A stretch of DNA of 44,185 bases, filler included, from Sphacelaria rigidula (GCA_964200075.2; 2 parts of 2 records of this genome joined end to end with filler, not necessarily neighbours in it); one strand, 5' to 3'; positions 11,272-24,514 are shown, numbered from the whole stretch's first letter. The notes: generated by a model not told the origin, from the sequence alone. Translations and numbers: made by a program.

Positions 11272-13900
11272 GCCATGACTCAAACCGCTTTTTCAAGCCA
11301 TGTTTACCAATCCAACAACGGCAAACGGCCCTCGACCTCCGCCATCATTGATCATTCGTAGGAATATCGTTCTCAAACTCGTTTCAACCGAGTACATCCC
11401 AGAAAGCACCCAGATACAATATCCCAACTTGGATTTAGGACCGTGACGTCCCATTGGTCGATCAACCACGATAAAAAATGCAGTTCATACCCCAACAGAC
11501 TTGCACCTAACCTGCACCGCTTCCTTAGACAAACGGACACTCCATCCACATGATGCTTCCAAACGGAAATTAAATATTTTCTCAAAAGAAGTTCCATCGC
11601 CAAATATCTGTCATCTTCAACCACAAAAACACTCACATTGCCCTTGCGCACATACGAGCCTACGCATTTCGTAGTTACTGGTCATTGTAACGCCAACAGC
11701 AGCAGTCACCATCTTCTACAGTCATATTATCCACAAACCGCACAAAGAGAACTCCGCCGCGGGTCTGTGTGAGCAGGAATATACGAGATTCACCGTATCC
11801 AGCATACAGCAGTATACTGAAAATTTCCTCACTCTGACTCCTCGCCAGCTACCATGCGCACTAACACAATGTAGCGAACATTCCATACATGCATGCCAGC
11901 ATTTCACCCAGCACATGCAATGCGACCTTCCTCCTAGTAAACACCATGCACCGTCCGTGCCAACTAGATCAGCACGACAGACATATCCTTAATATCAACG
12001 TGTACGCCTGAATTTCACCCTGCACCCTGTAGACCTAGCCACCATTGTTACCGAAGGTCAGGGACATTGTAGGTGGAGTTGCGGATCTGATTGCCGGGCT
12101 CTGTGATGGTGACCTCCATGACGAGTAGAGCCGGTTTTGCTACTCTGGTGGAGAGAGGCTATGGTCCTGTTCTCCTGTACTATGCTGAGGGTTAATACAT
12201 AAATAAATATAGCTGCTGAAGTCCATGTGCCCATAATGGGAGGAGTCCACATGGCAATCTGATCTTGAGTGACAGAAGTCTAAAATAAACGACCAACTAG
12301 ACTATTGACCAGTGAGCGCTGACTGGTCAGTAGTCTAGTTGGTTATCTCTTAACCGGTCACAACACGCGATACGATCATACTCGCTCAATAACCCTGTTT
12401 TATGCGCAAGCATGACCACAAACCAGACAAAAATAAGCTGCAATCATGCTCAAAACGATTCGCAAATACCATAATGTGATTCCTCATGCTCAACAAGCAC
12501 TCAATCACCTCAGCACTTGCTCAGCACCCAACGTGGCGCCCACCACAACATCAAGAACTTCAGGTAGTGCCTTCTTCGTAGTCCTCCAGCCCGCTTCTGA
12601 GAAACAGCAGCAGTCGTGCCACAAAATCATGCACACCATAGCCCAGCGTTTCCATTCGAACACTCGCTCCGTGTTCCATCGGTCCAGCTACATGGACCAC
12701 CCCCACAGTGCCACTGAGCACTCCACCAAACGGTATACTGGCACCGCCAAACCAATACGATAAATCCTCTGCCCCCACAGATGCTTGAGCATCAGCGGAA
12801 GCTCGTGGATCAGTCGTTTTTTCAGAGGAAAAGAGAGGCGAAACGGCAACAGCCATACAGGCCAGCACAGCAACACCTCCCGATGGCATCACACCATACT
12901 CCTCTAGCACCTGACAGCGGCATAGACACCTCGATCAACGCCGCCAAGCTCGACAAACCTCTCCATGTAAATAGCAGTGCATCCAACCACTCCAACACTA
13001 TGCAACGCTCGACGTCGCTGTAGGATTATGACCACTAATAGCATCACAAGCCTGAAGCTCGCTCTGCCTACCCGCTTCACGCGGATCACACATCCCTGCT
13101 GCTTTCAGCATGCGCGTGTCCACAACACCACGCTGCTCCGGCGGCACCTCCGCCAACGGTGCATCAGCCCTCCTTCAAGCAGACACCCCTGCGAGTCATC
13201 TGAACCATCTCCCGCCATATCGTCGGCGCACAGAGATTTGCCATGAGCATAGCGAGTCCAAAGCTTGCTTTGCTCGTCCGCATGACGCGAATAGCACCCC
13301 CCTGCAGCTTCGAGCATGCAAGGCGTGTCCTCAGCTACACGCTGGTCATCGAACACAAGTCTATCCCGCGGATCTAAATCCGTCAACTTGGAATCCACCT
13401 TTCCTTGAAGCAGAGATTCCTGTGGAGCTGTAGTTGCTCCCACCGCAGGATCATAAGCATCGCACCTATGACAACCTCGGCCCACAAATCGCCGACAGTC
13501 TCGGGGCACTGCATTTTTGTTGGGCGCGCTATTTGGCTCATCAGCGGCTGCTGCAGCCGCGGCGCGCAGACCAGACACTGACGGCAGTTTCTGTGTGTTT
13601 GGCACAATCAGGCGCTTGATCCTGAGCCTTGCCATGTCAAAATTTCAAAAAATGAAAACATTTAAGCTGTCTCCCAAGCACAGAAACTGCAACTTTGCCC
13701 GTATACCAAGACGCGCGTTGTTACCACACTATGGCGACCACAGCACCTCTTTTCACGCAACTCTCACCACGTTTTGAAGTTCCTCCCAGACTCCTCTTCC
13801 TGAACGCGGCTGGCTGACCTGGAACCAGCCCTCTTGCAATTCTCCGGTCTGAGGTAGTAATTGCGCCGCGTTTTTTGGCAGGCTTTCCGGGCAACCCAGC
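11272..13900 (-). mobile_element. Diverged copy C of the non-autonomous family
   Basis: Collinear similarity to about 325-2180 and to the leader at 3460-3680; lacks the gag segment; interrupted by 12028-12362. Confidence 0.7.
12028..12362 (+). mobile_element. Mini-insertion: single LTR (12028-12284) plus a 78-bp tail containing a hairpin
   Basis: The host sequence (compare 1155-1175) is interrupted and resumes at 12363. Flanks are ACCC/ACAC and the insert ends in ...GTCACA. Confidence 0.7.
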
Positions 13901-14254
13901 TGGTGATGAACAGCTCTCTACTATCAACAAGTAGTTACATCAGAGCTTGACAAACTCAGACATCATTGGTGCCTGATAGTACCGTCGTTTTCCGCAAAGA
14001 ATAGCAATCTTCCCGCTGCTTTCGACAACAGCTCCATATAAGCTTGCCCCACTTTAAAACAACTCCAAAGAGATCCCAAGAAAATATCGTCCATCATGAA
14101 CATGCAATCATGCTACTTGCACCACTTCGAGTTACAAAGCGATCGCTAGCGCCGAATTCTCAAATCTTCGCCCAGAACAAGTCTCTTGACTATTCATCGG
14201 CACGAAACCGGAAATGTCAGCAAACGTCAAGTTCCAGAGCATTCGTGACTCATA

Positions 14255-17200
14255 GTTCCTTTCATCCGAGACATGGTACTTCTCAACATACAGAATGCAC
14301 TCTTCGTACGTTCAACACCTGCGCAACGGAGTGCAACTGCCAAATGATACATCATCCTCACGCTAGAAGTAAATGAGCACCCAACACGTCTACAACGCAC
14401 CTGGGCTGTTGTTTTTAAACCCCGTAAAAACCGTATGCATCACATGCCTCCCCACCGTCAAAGCTTTAATGTTTTCTTCAACTTGCCTTAATGTCAGTAA
14501 GACAATCAAAGGAAGCCATGGATCACACCGCTTTTCAAGCCAGGCATACTAATCCAACAACGGCGACGAGCCTACCCATTTCGTATATTTCAGCTCATTT
14601 CATGCTAACAGCAGCAATCCATATATCTTGCAGTCAGTACGTGCAAACCGCACAAATATGGTTATATGAGCTTCTCTTCATTTGGCATACAGCAGTATAT
14701 TAAAAACTGCCCCACCGTAGGTCGTCACCAGATACCATTCATATCAGTACCTTTCGAGCAAAAATTTGCACGTGCTCGCCAAATTTTTACTCAGCACACG
14801 AAAATGCGCACGTGCATGACAATACTTCACTCAGAACATGCAATGCCACCTTACTCGCAGCATACACCATGCATCATCGGTGCCAACTAGATTGGCACGA
14901 CATGAACATGCCAAATACCCACGTGTACGCCAGAGTTCTGCACAAGCGATACGATCATACTCGCTCAACAACAATGTTTCATGCGCAAACATGACCACAT
15001 ACCACAAAATAACAAGCTGCAACCATTTTCAAAACGATTCTCGAATACCAGTCATAATTTGTTTCCTAATTCTCAACGAGCACGCAATCACCTCAGCACT
15101 TGCTCCTCAACATCAGTACCCAACTCGGCGCTCACCATAACAGCAAACACCTCAGGTAATGCCTTCTTTGTAGTCCTCCAGCCCGCTCCTGAGAAACAGC
15201 AGTACACGAACCACAACCCCGTGCACAGCGTGGAGCAGCCTTTCCTCTCGGACACTCCCTCCTTGCACCTTCGGTCTAGCTCCACCTGGCACACTATCCT
15301 CCTCAAACACCCCGCGGCGTAACAGTGGAGACACCTCCGCCATCGCCGCCAAATACGCCAAACCTGTCCAGTGCACACGACCACGCCAACACCACGCGAC
15401 GCTTGTTGTCGCCGTCAGAATAATGATCGCTGATAGCATCACTCTGCGTACCCGCTTCACGCGGGTCACACGCCCCCGTTCGTTTCGATCATGCAAGGCG
15501 TGTTCACAGCTACGCACTACTACTCCGGCGGGAATTCCCCGAACCCGGCATCCATCTGGCCTTCAAGCAGAAACCCCTGCGAATCATCTGACCATCTCCC
15601 GCCATGTCACTGGCGCAGATAGATTCACCCTGAGAGTCGCAAGCCCCAAGCTTGCTCTGCTCACTCTCATCACGAAGATAACACCCCCTTGCAGCGGTGA
15701 GCATGCAGGGTGTATCCCCAATCACGATCTGGTCCGGCGGCCACAAGCAACCTGAACCTTTGCCGCTTAGCGCTAGCTCCCGGAGCAAGTTGGCTCCGCA
15801 CTTCCAACAGCAGCGGCAGCAGCGGCTGGATCAAATATTCCCGCTTCAGCCACCACCTCCTGCTCAGCGCACTCCTGAACGGCAACAGCGGCAGTTGAGC
15901 TGCCTGCAGTCTGCTCGAGCTGCGTGGCGTGTTCGCCCTCTCCAGCAGCAAGCAATACCAGCAGCATCCAGATCAATGCTTACCGCGGTACTATCGGCCG
16001 GCGCGCTCTGTAGAGTAGTCCACCTCCAGTACACGTACGAGCAGGTTCATGATGATATATAAGTGGAACAATCTGCTGTAGACGTTTTCTATTGGTTGAC
16101 GGACTTGCGGGTCTGATCGGTAGACTATGTTGATTTGAACATCACATGCTTCAAGCATGTGGTTACTTCCGATAACGAAGGCTGTGTGTTTATGAATAAC
16201 AACTGTCTTGAAGTCTCCAGGCCCTAGTGAGGGAGGAAGCCCTTGGAGCAATCTTGTGACCTTGTCCTTGTTCCGAGTCCAGGAGGGCTCTATAGTAAAC
16301 GTTTATCAAGAGGAACCCGCTGGTTTCTGGAAGAGGTTTGTCAGCTGTAGACAGCTGCGAAGAAATTATATCAGACGTTTTACACAGGAGTGTGCACTTT
16401 GTAACGTGAGGGAGCTCACTGACAACGGAGAGACGGCTAGGTTGGCTGGAACTGTTGCGTGCAGCTATGGCAACGTGCAAGAAAGTGGGTGATGGCGATG
16501 CAGTTGAAGAGGTGAAGTTTAAGTTTACTGAGCTTATGCCTGCAGGATCGCTAAAAGCCCCAGAGTACGGACGGCATTTTAGCGAAAATGCGTCCCGACG
16601 TTTTTATCAGCAATACGTCGAGTATGAAGAGGCGGTCAAAATGAACAACAAAGGGCGTAGCATGCAGGCCGTCTTACTGACTGTTACTACACTGGGGACC
16701 AAGCACATCTGTGCGTGTTTGTCACGCACGATTATTGACGGATCCGTGCTTGCCGAAGATGATCTCAAGGAGGCACTAGGCCGACATGCAAAATGTTGGC
16801 AGTATGAAGAGATTGATCCTTCAGTTGCTGCCGCTGGTGTGCGAAAAGCGTTGGTGGCCCGCAACGAGCAAACTGCAATGGGAAGAGTAGAAGGGCAGTG
16901 GGATTTGCGGAGAATGCTAGCGCTGAGCGTGCGTTCCGCGATGATGCAGATTTCAAACCAGGACCCGCTCAAATCATAACTCGGGAAATGTTGAATGGAC
17001 TGACCCCCCCCCCCCCCGAATTCAAAACTAAAGTCCNNNNNNNNNNAACCCGGCCCCCCCCAAAACAAAACCTGGGGAAAGGTTAAAGGGCTCGCCCCCC
17101 CCCCCCCCCCGAATTCAAAACTAAAGTCCTCAACATGTTGAACATGAAGGGGGGGGTGGAAGGAGGACCCTGGGCTTGTGTTTAACACGGCTCGGGAAGC

Positions 17201-18696
17201 AGCGAAGGCATGGAAGACGGTGGAAGTGGCGGATAAAGAGCGCCGTTAGCAGCCGCAGCTGAAACAAGGGAGTGACTTCCGGAAGCAAGCGCCAACCAAA
17301 TGGTGGAAAAAATAGCTCTCATGCCTACCCCTTTTGACAGACACGTGCTGCGTCTCCTTCCCGCTCTGCACAGTGGAAGCAACTGCCCTGTATCGTGTTT
17401 TGAGATGCGCCCTACAGACTGCACGTTCAACGGGTGCACTATCGCGCGTATCCCCTCGGGCAAACACATGCTTCTCGGCTTTCACAGTGCAAGCATCTGC
17501 CCTGTATCGTTGTTTCAAACGCGCAGCACCTACTGCACGTTCGGCGGGCGTACTGTCGTGCCTGCCCCCCTCGGGCAGACACATCTTTCTCGGCTTTCAC
17601 AGGGAAAGCAGCCCCACCAGACGGTGCACGCTTGCACAACGCGAAAAGCAGCTGCTCGTTCTCAACATCATAATCATGCTTCAAGAACGTGTCGCACAGA
17701 CATTTCGCAATATGTTTCGGCATGAGCTCAGAAACTGCTGCCACCTCAAAAGAGGTTTGTCCACCGCGCGTTTACCTGATTTACATCTCGCACATTTTGC
17801 TCGTATTTTCGTAAAAACTCGGCCGATTTCTCGCTCGAAAGTTTGCGGCCGTAGTACGGGCATCTCCAGCGCCAGTACAGGAACAACACGACCGTCCACC
17901 GCGACATACTCTTGCATCTCGTGCATTTCGGTCAGCAGTACAGCACTCCACACCGCCATTTTGAAAAACGAAGTCGCCTCCCACTCACAGGAACAACAAC
18001 TCTCTCCTCACGTCGAGACGCGCTGTACCACCTTACAATGACAATGGCCACAGCGCCTCTTTTTCACGCAGGTCTCACCACATGTTTGAAGTCCTTAGAC
18101 TCCTATGCCTGGCCGTATCTGGCCAAGCGTGAAACAAGCAACTCTCGCTGGCTCAACCAGACAGTAATCGCCCCGCTTTTTTTTGGAACGCTCGCGGACT
18201 CGCCAGCTGTCGATGAACGCCCCGCACCTCACGCACGAGCGATACCACAGCCCGCCCTAGNNNNNNNNNNTGCCTCAGAACCTCCTCGGCTCTTCTTCTC
18301 CAACTTCTCGCGACGTTAACACGCCTTGAGCTGGTCTTGTTTGCTGCAAACTGATCAGGCCTGCAGAATTTCCTATCTTGAAGTGTTAGCTGCTTTTTGC
18401 GAACCTACCACTAGTCAGCGGACCTCATGAAAGTTCATTGTAGACTTCTGTCACTCAAGATCAGATTGCCATGCGGACTTCTCCCATCACGGGCACATGG
18501 ACTTCACCAGCTTCCTTTATTTATGTATTAACTTTCAGCATAGTACAGGAGAACAGGACCATAGCCTCTCTCTACCAGAGTAGCAAAATCGGCTCCACTC
18601 GTCATGGAGGTCATCCATCACAGAGTCCGGCAATCAGACCCGCAACTCCACCTACAATGTCCCTGACCTTCGGTAACAATGGTGGCTGGGTCTACA
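14255..18696 (-). mobile_element. Copy B of the non-autonomous LTR family
   Basis: Collinear with 70-4167 apart from internal deletions. LTR at 18439-18696; contains the nested insertion 16009-17314. Confidence 0.8.
16009..17314 (+). mobile_element. Internally deleted gypsy element (5' LTR 16009-16294 plus gag fragment from 16467)
   Basis: LTR TGTAGAG...CTCTATA. The gag fragment LKAPEYGRHFSENASRRFYQQY is homologous to 6030-6400. Flanked by GCTC/GCTC (16005-16008, 17315-17318). Contains an N gap. Confidence 0.82.
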
Positions 18697-19652
18697 GGCG
18701 GCAACAAGCAACTGGGACCTTCGCCCACCAGTACTTGCTCATTGGCCTGCGTAGGCCCGCCCTCTCAGCATCGCCAGCAGCAGCAGCAGCAGTATCACAC
18801 ATACTCGCTACAGCCGCCACCTCCTGTCCGGCTTGGTCCTTTTCGACAAAAGCGGCAACGCCTCTAGCGCTCTCGTACCTTTCCCCTCGAAGTAGCGATG
18901 GCTGTCACTGCCAGCGGCTGCGCTAATTCAGCACTAACTACTGTACTCTCACTGTTCTTGTTGCCCAGCACGTCACTTCGTACAGACACATGCATCGTCA
19001 CCTTCGCGCCCCTCAAAGTGGCACTGCGTCGTTGCTTCAGTCGCGGGCGAGCTGTTTCTACTACTGCACGCTCAGCAGGTGCACTATCGTGCCTGCTCAC
19101 TCGGACAGGCCTATGTTGTGTCGCCTTCTCGCCCGTCAAAATGTCGTGCCTGTCTTCACCGCCGCCGACCTCGACACTACCTTGCACCACACTCGGCGAC
19201 ACATAAGATGCGTGCTTGCGCAGCGCAAAAAACAATTTTCTCGCCCAACATCATTCGCACCATCCAAAAATGTATCAAAATAGACAGTCCGCGATATGTG
19301 CGGGCATGAGGTCAGAGACCTCTGGCTCCTCAACAACGCGCCAGCGTGCTTGACGCTCGTTCGTTGCGTGAATCTCATCAAGAAAGTTCTTATACTTCCG
19401 CAGAAACTGAGCAAATTTTTCACTTGAGAACTTGCGATCGTAGTAGGGAATATCCAGAAGTCGCATACGGACAGCGCGACCACCGATGACAACATATTGG
19501 TGCGGCGCACGAACAACATAGCCGTCCACCGCGACATACTCCTGCACCTCGTACATTTCGGTCAGCAGTACAGCACTCCACACCGCCTTTTCTTAAAAAC
19601 GAAGTCGCCTCCCACTCACAGAAACAACAACTCTCTCCTCACACCAAGACGC
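18697..19652 (-). mobile_element. Older diverged copy D of the non-autonomous family
   Basis: gag-like MWSAVLLTEMYEVQEYVAVDG...LDIPYYDRKFSSEK and degenerate 114-bp-type repeats; the start matches 2178 onward. Confidence 0.7.
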
Positions 19653-19762
19653 GCTGCTGAAGTCCATGTGTCCATGATGGAAGGGGTTCACATAGCTATC
19701 TGATCTTGAGAGACAGAGGTCTATAGTGGGTACTCTGGTATAATGAATTCTTTGTCTGTCAA

Positions 19763-20022
19763 TGTGTGTTGTGTGTGAATTCTGAACACCAGTATTCACC
19801 GTTGAGCATGTGTGGGCGCACCAGCCGGGTCACAGGGAAGAAGGGCCAACACAATCGATTTTTTTCTAGTACTCCATCTTCCTTCCGTGGTGGTCGCCTT
19901 CTTTTTTGTCGCGAGAGGGGTTCAGCAGTCCCCTTCCCTCGTCGATCGTGAAGTCAATTTTGTGTACCCACAACATAGTCGCTCGTCACTGATGGGCATC
20001 GTGTTGGAAAAATTCCAGATTG
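19763..20022 (-). mobile_element. 5'-truncated SINE copy
   Basis: Reverse-complement match to 28210-28500 (GAGGGGTTCAGCAGT core, CA-rich tail). Confidence 0.75.
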
Positions 20023-21160
20023 TGTGACTTCACCCAGATATTCCAGGTAGTTCAGGATTCACACTAGTTGCGTCAGTCGATAGATACCATGCTAAGTCTT
20101 TGGTACTCAAACTAAATATGCCCTGAAAACCCACTCTCCGCATCTCTGTTGAATCAGTGGCATTCCAGTGTAGGTACCATCAGCTTACTGCACCAGTTCA
20201 CCGTTGAATTCGCATATTTTCAACTTCACCAAGTGTGTTTAAACTCAAGTGGGCCACGCATCGCGCTCTCTGAAGCTCATGCTTCATGAAGGTTCTCGCG
20301 GTATACGAGCTGGGCTGGCCAACATACTTTCTTTTTCGGAGGAGGTAACGCGGGGCTGGAGTTGAGGAATTAGGCGTTAAATAATATACCCGTTTTCATC
20401 ACCAAAGCGAAACATAGTTTGGGATACGAAGGAGAGACTGTATGAGGTTTGGGCGATTCGAAATTTCAGCATTAAACTAGAGAACGTCATCCCGAAACAC
20501 TTACCGTTCTACTTGCGCATGTAAGATCCTGGTAAAGTTTCGGCTAACAATTCGTAATAATTTGTGTGACACCGCTGCACCCCGGGGGTTCAACTGATAG
20601 AGGAGCCTCCATTTATATAGATCACGAGTCCGAATCCCCACACGACGTTTTTTCCACATAATCTGGCAGTTTTTAACTAACTGTGAGGAAGACCCATCAC
20701 CAGCGGGAATTAGATCGAGCAAGAGCGTTGCAGCCCAGTCCGAGTTCGATACTTGAGCCTGTGCTGGTTGTGCGTGACACCCGGTTCGGAGGTCCTCTCC
20801 CATGGAGGAGCTGCTGATGAGCTTGATGCTATCTGGCAGCATTCACAGTGCACTCAGTCTGTTCATGTCGAAGTTGTGTCATGTGATGAGTACTTTGCAG
20901 TTACTTAAGTTGTACGTCTGGACACACAGACCGGCGGGTACTAGAGTGGTATATCTTTGGTAAATATTTCAGTGGCTTTCAGATGCCCCACGAGCCAGCT
21001 GTTGGTTGATACGTGCGTAGTTGGTCGCTACCGTATGGGATGACGTAGAATTATCGGAGTTCAGCTGTAGATATATACGTGAGCTTATTTGAAGTTGCAT
21101 AGCTACGTTTCTGAGTTATGTCTTAAAGGGGAGATATGTCCGGGAACTGGCTGACAGGCC

Positions 21161-21975
21161 TGTAGACTCTAGCCACTATTGTTACCTAAGGTTGGGGACA
21201 TTCTGTAGGTGGAGTTGCGGGTCTGATTGCCGGACTCTGCGATGGGTGACCTCCATGACGTGTAGGGCCGGTTTTCTACTCTGATAGAGAGAGGCTGTGG
21301 TCCTGTTCTCCTTTACTATGCTGAAAGTTAATACATAAATAAATAAAGCTGTGGAAGTCCATGTGCCCGTGATGGGAGAAGTCCGCATGGCAATCTGATC
21401 TTGAGTGACAGAAGTCTACAATGAACGTTCATTAAGTCCGCTAACTGGCGGCAGGTCCGCTGAAAGCAGCTAACACTTCAAGATAGGAAATTCTGCAGGC
21501 CTGATCAGTTTGCAGCAAACAAGACCAGCTCAAGGCGTGTTAACGTCGCGAGGAGTTGGAGAAGTAGAGCCGAGGAGGTTCTGAGGTAGTGCTAGGGCGG
21601 GCTGTGGTACCGCTCGTGCGTGAGGTGCGGGGCGTTCATCGACAGCTGGCGAGCCCGTGCGCGTACCAAAAAAGCGGCGCAATTACCGTACTACCTAGTG
21701 GAGCCAGCGAGAGTTGCTTCTTCCACGCTTGGCCAGGTACGGTCAGAAAGAGGAGTCTAAGGACTCCAACACCGTGGCCATTGTCATTGTAAGGTGGTAC
21801 AGCGCGTCTCGGTGTAAGGAGAGAGTTGTTGTTTCTGTGAGTGAGAGGCGACTTCGTTTTTCAAAAAGGTGGTGTGGAGTCTGCACTGCTGACCGAAATG
21901 TACAAGGCGCAGAAATATGTCATTGTCGACGGTCGTGTTGTTCCTGTACTGGCGCTGGAGGTGTCGTACTACAGC
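21161..21975 (+). mobile_element. Copy E: LTR (21161-21420), leader and start of the gag-like ORF
   Basis: Reverse complement of about 3350-4167 and 17860-18696; similarity ends shortly before the scaffold spacer. Confidence 0.85.
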
Positions 21976-22048
21976 TATCAACAAATTGTGCGAATTGAGG
22001 TTTAACTCCGAGATGAGGTTCAACCTTAAACAGTCCTTTCCCCACACT

Positions 22049-22148
22049 NNNNNNNNNNNNNNNNNNNNNNNNNNNNNNNNNNNNNNNNNNNNTTAATTAA
22101 TTAANNNNNNNNNNNNNNNNNNNNNNNNNNNNNNNNNNNNNNNNNNNN
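22049..22148. other. Artificial contig-joining spacer
   Basis: Exactly 100 nt: N44 + TTAATTAATTAA (stops in all six frames) + N44. Confidence 0.95.
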
Positions 22149-22617
22149 AGCACTTTCAAGTAGTAGTGAAGAGCGGTATTCCAGAAAAACTCAGAAAAAA
22201 GGACAACTACGAATTCTTGCGATGGTACTACTTTATGGGTCGTTTCGGACTGAGCGAACTCCATGCTGCTATACCAGCCATGGACTGAGTGCGGCGCGAT
22301 AAGGGATTAAGACACTTATAATCTATTGATCTACGCTCGGTGTGCTCACGCACCCCAGTACCATCAGCTGATCTTGGCACATAATTTTGAACAGTGGCAT
22401 TACATGCGATACATTGATTGATTGATGCGGCATATGTACTGATTCCCGAGGGACTCAGCTGTAGTCATCATCCCAAGATAGATGAACCCCAAGGTAGACA
22501 AGTCGGGAACGCTTGCTTATATGTCCACAATTCAGCTGCTTGAACAAGCTCTTGTACTTCTCCCCCTCCGCCAGGCTGTGATTTGAGCACTGCTTCATTC
22601 CGCAACTCTCGAGCCTA

Positions 22618-23660
22618 CGAGCTGGGCTAGCCTAAAGACGGATTTAAGCTCTAAAAGCAATATCTCATCGACAGAGACGATTTGGGCCATGATCCGCACA
22701 TCGTATTAATCGTCCAACCAAGGGGAAGGTGCCCATCTGCTCAAAATTTTGGGTCCATATATTCTCGTTGATTGAACCCCATGTGTTGTAATTCCTACAC
22801 CTAACGGAGATGGCGTCCATACTAAAATCTATGTGGAACCCCCGATCGATGCACTCAGCGAATGGCGAATTTCGGTGTGGACATTCTCTGGAGCAAGGGG
22901 AGGCGATAGATGCCCTCACCTTCACCTAACTCGTCATCTATCCCGAGATATGGCGCCCATACGTTTCCATACTATAATCGATATATTAAGAGCAGGGGCA
23001 CCAGGTGCCCTAAATCTGGATATCGCGTCTCAGTTTTTGAGAGTTGTTCCAAGAAATTTCGTGTGGTGAACCGCTGGTGCATAATAAAAAATCTAAAAGC
23101 AGCTTGTTACGTTCTTGCAAACTTTTTATTTCATTTATTTATATTTCGTGTTTCAAGTGGAGTTTGGAAAGAAATGAACATTGCTCTTAGGCCTTATCTC
23201 AATGTTCTAGCTCACAATTTAGAATTGTGATTTGAAAGTTAGCATGGAGACCCACAAAAGTGTGCCGGAAAAAAAAATGGGCCTTCATATTTTTTTCTTC
23301 GTAGAGGTAAGGGCGTTCTTGTGAAGAAATGGTTTTTACCGTATTAAAACGCCCTCAACCAGTGAAAAAACGAATAAAAGAAAAAATGATCAACTGAGTT
23401 TTGTTAATTATGCCCTGGCGAGGGCCCACACAAATTTCAATACACAAAAACCAAACGTGGGCCGGTGAGTGGCCTGCGAAACACTGTTCCGAATTTCTAC
23501 CTTTCCGATTCTTAAAACGCGAATGCGCCGGCCAATATTTAGAGTTGGACCCTGAAATTTGGTATGCATTGTCCATACCAAATTTCAGGGTCCAACTCTA
23601 AATATTGGCCGGCGCATTCGCCTGCAAACTTTCATGCCGCCTCTAGGCTGACCCAGCTCG
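22618..23660. mobile_element. Non-autonomous Tc1/mariner-type DNA transposon (MITE)
   Basis: Imperfect ~24-bp TIRs: CGAGCTGGGCTAGCCTAAAGACGG at the left; the right end reads CGAGCTGGGTCAGCCTAGAGGCGG on the - strand. TA on both sides (22616-17, 23661-62). No transposase ORF. A similar lone end TA|CGAGCTGGGCTGGCC lies at 20306. Confidence 0.75.
23519..23621. repeat. Perfect 48-bp inverted repeat with 7-nt loop
   Basis: 23519-23566 is the exact reverse complement of 23574-23621; the loop is CATTGTC. Confidence 0.95.
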
Positions 23661-24514
23661 TAGCCATATTTTGTAGGGGGTACTCGGAATTCAACCATAA
23701 TCCAGTATGACTCCAAAGAGAAGGTACGTATCTAGGTCATGGCATCATTGCCGAAGATGTCTCCGTCAGTAAAAGACAGTATTAAAACCACCCGCGAGCT
23801 CAAGCCTCCCAACTCAACAAACAACTTCGGTCTGTTCTAGTGATGGTGAACTTTGTTAGGAGTGCTCTTGATCCTAGCAAATTAGGTCGTCAGCCTTTGC
23901 GGTCTATGAAACTGCAGTTGGTTCACGTGTCGCGGTGTCACGGTACTCGCATGTACTGTAATGCTTCGAGACTGACACAAGTTGATTGCGAGTAAATAAT
24001 ATCGCTCTGATGAATGAACACCACCGAGGCGGGTACGTTTGGAGTTGACCATACTCGCACTGTAAGGGGCGTATGGCAGAGATCAGTTAACGTAACCTGT
24101 TGTCTACGTACTGTGAAACCTTCATGCAGCTGCTTGAAATAAACTTCATACTTCTTCTCATCTGGTCTTTAGCATTCGAACATTTGTTATACTTTATAAT
24201 TTTCCATGGCAAGAGAAGATTAGCGTCGGGGGCGGATAGAGGGGGTGAACAGGACGCCCCGCTTTCCAGACATGGTGAATCTCAGGGACCAAGGACATTG
24301 CTTAGTAGAGTACATGGCATAACTGCAGACAAGTACAGCAGTCATGAGCATGAGTGATTGACACATATTATTGCGGTTAGCTCAGGTGTCGATAACGGCA
24401 ACATGTGGTGCCGGAAGGGAGAGGTGTACCACATTACCACCCCCTGAGAGAATGTCTGAACCCTAGGTCTTGAAGGACATTTTCCCTGCGAACGGGTCGA
24501 AAGACCCTTCCTTA

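Noticed and set aside
17003-17130. Duplicated CCCCCCGAATTCAAAACTAAAGTCC around an N10 gap
   Set aside because: Likely an assembly overlap artefact at a poly-C tract with low-quality sequence.
20304-20325. Second mariner-like TIR
   Set aside because: No matching opposite end found, so no element could be delimited.
22049-22148. Palindromic TTAATTAATTAA within Ns
   Set aside because: Synthetic six-frame-stop spacer; not biological, and linkage across it cannot be assumed.
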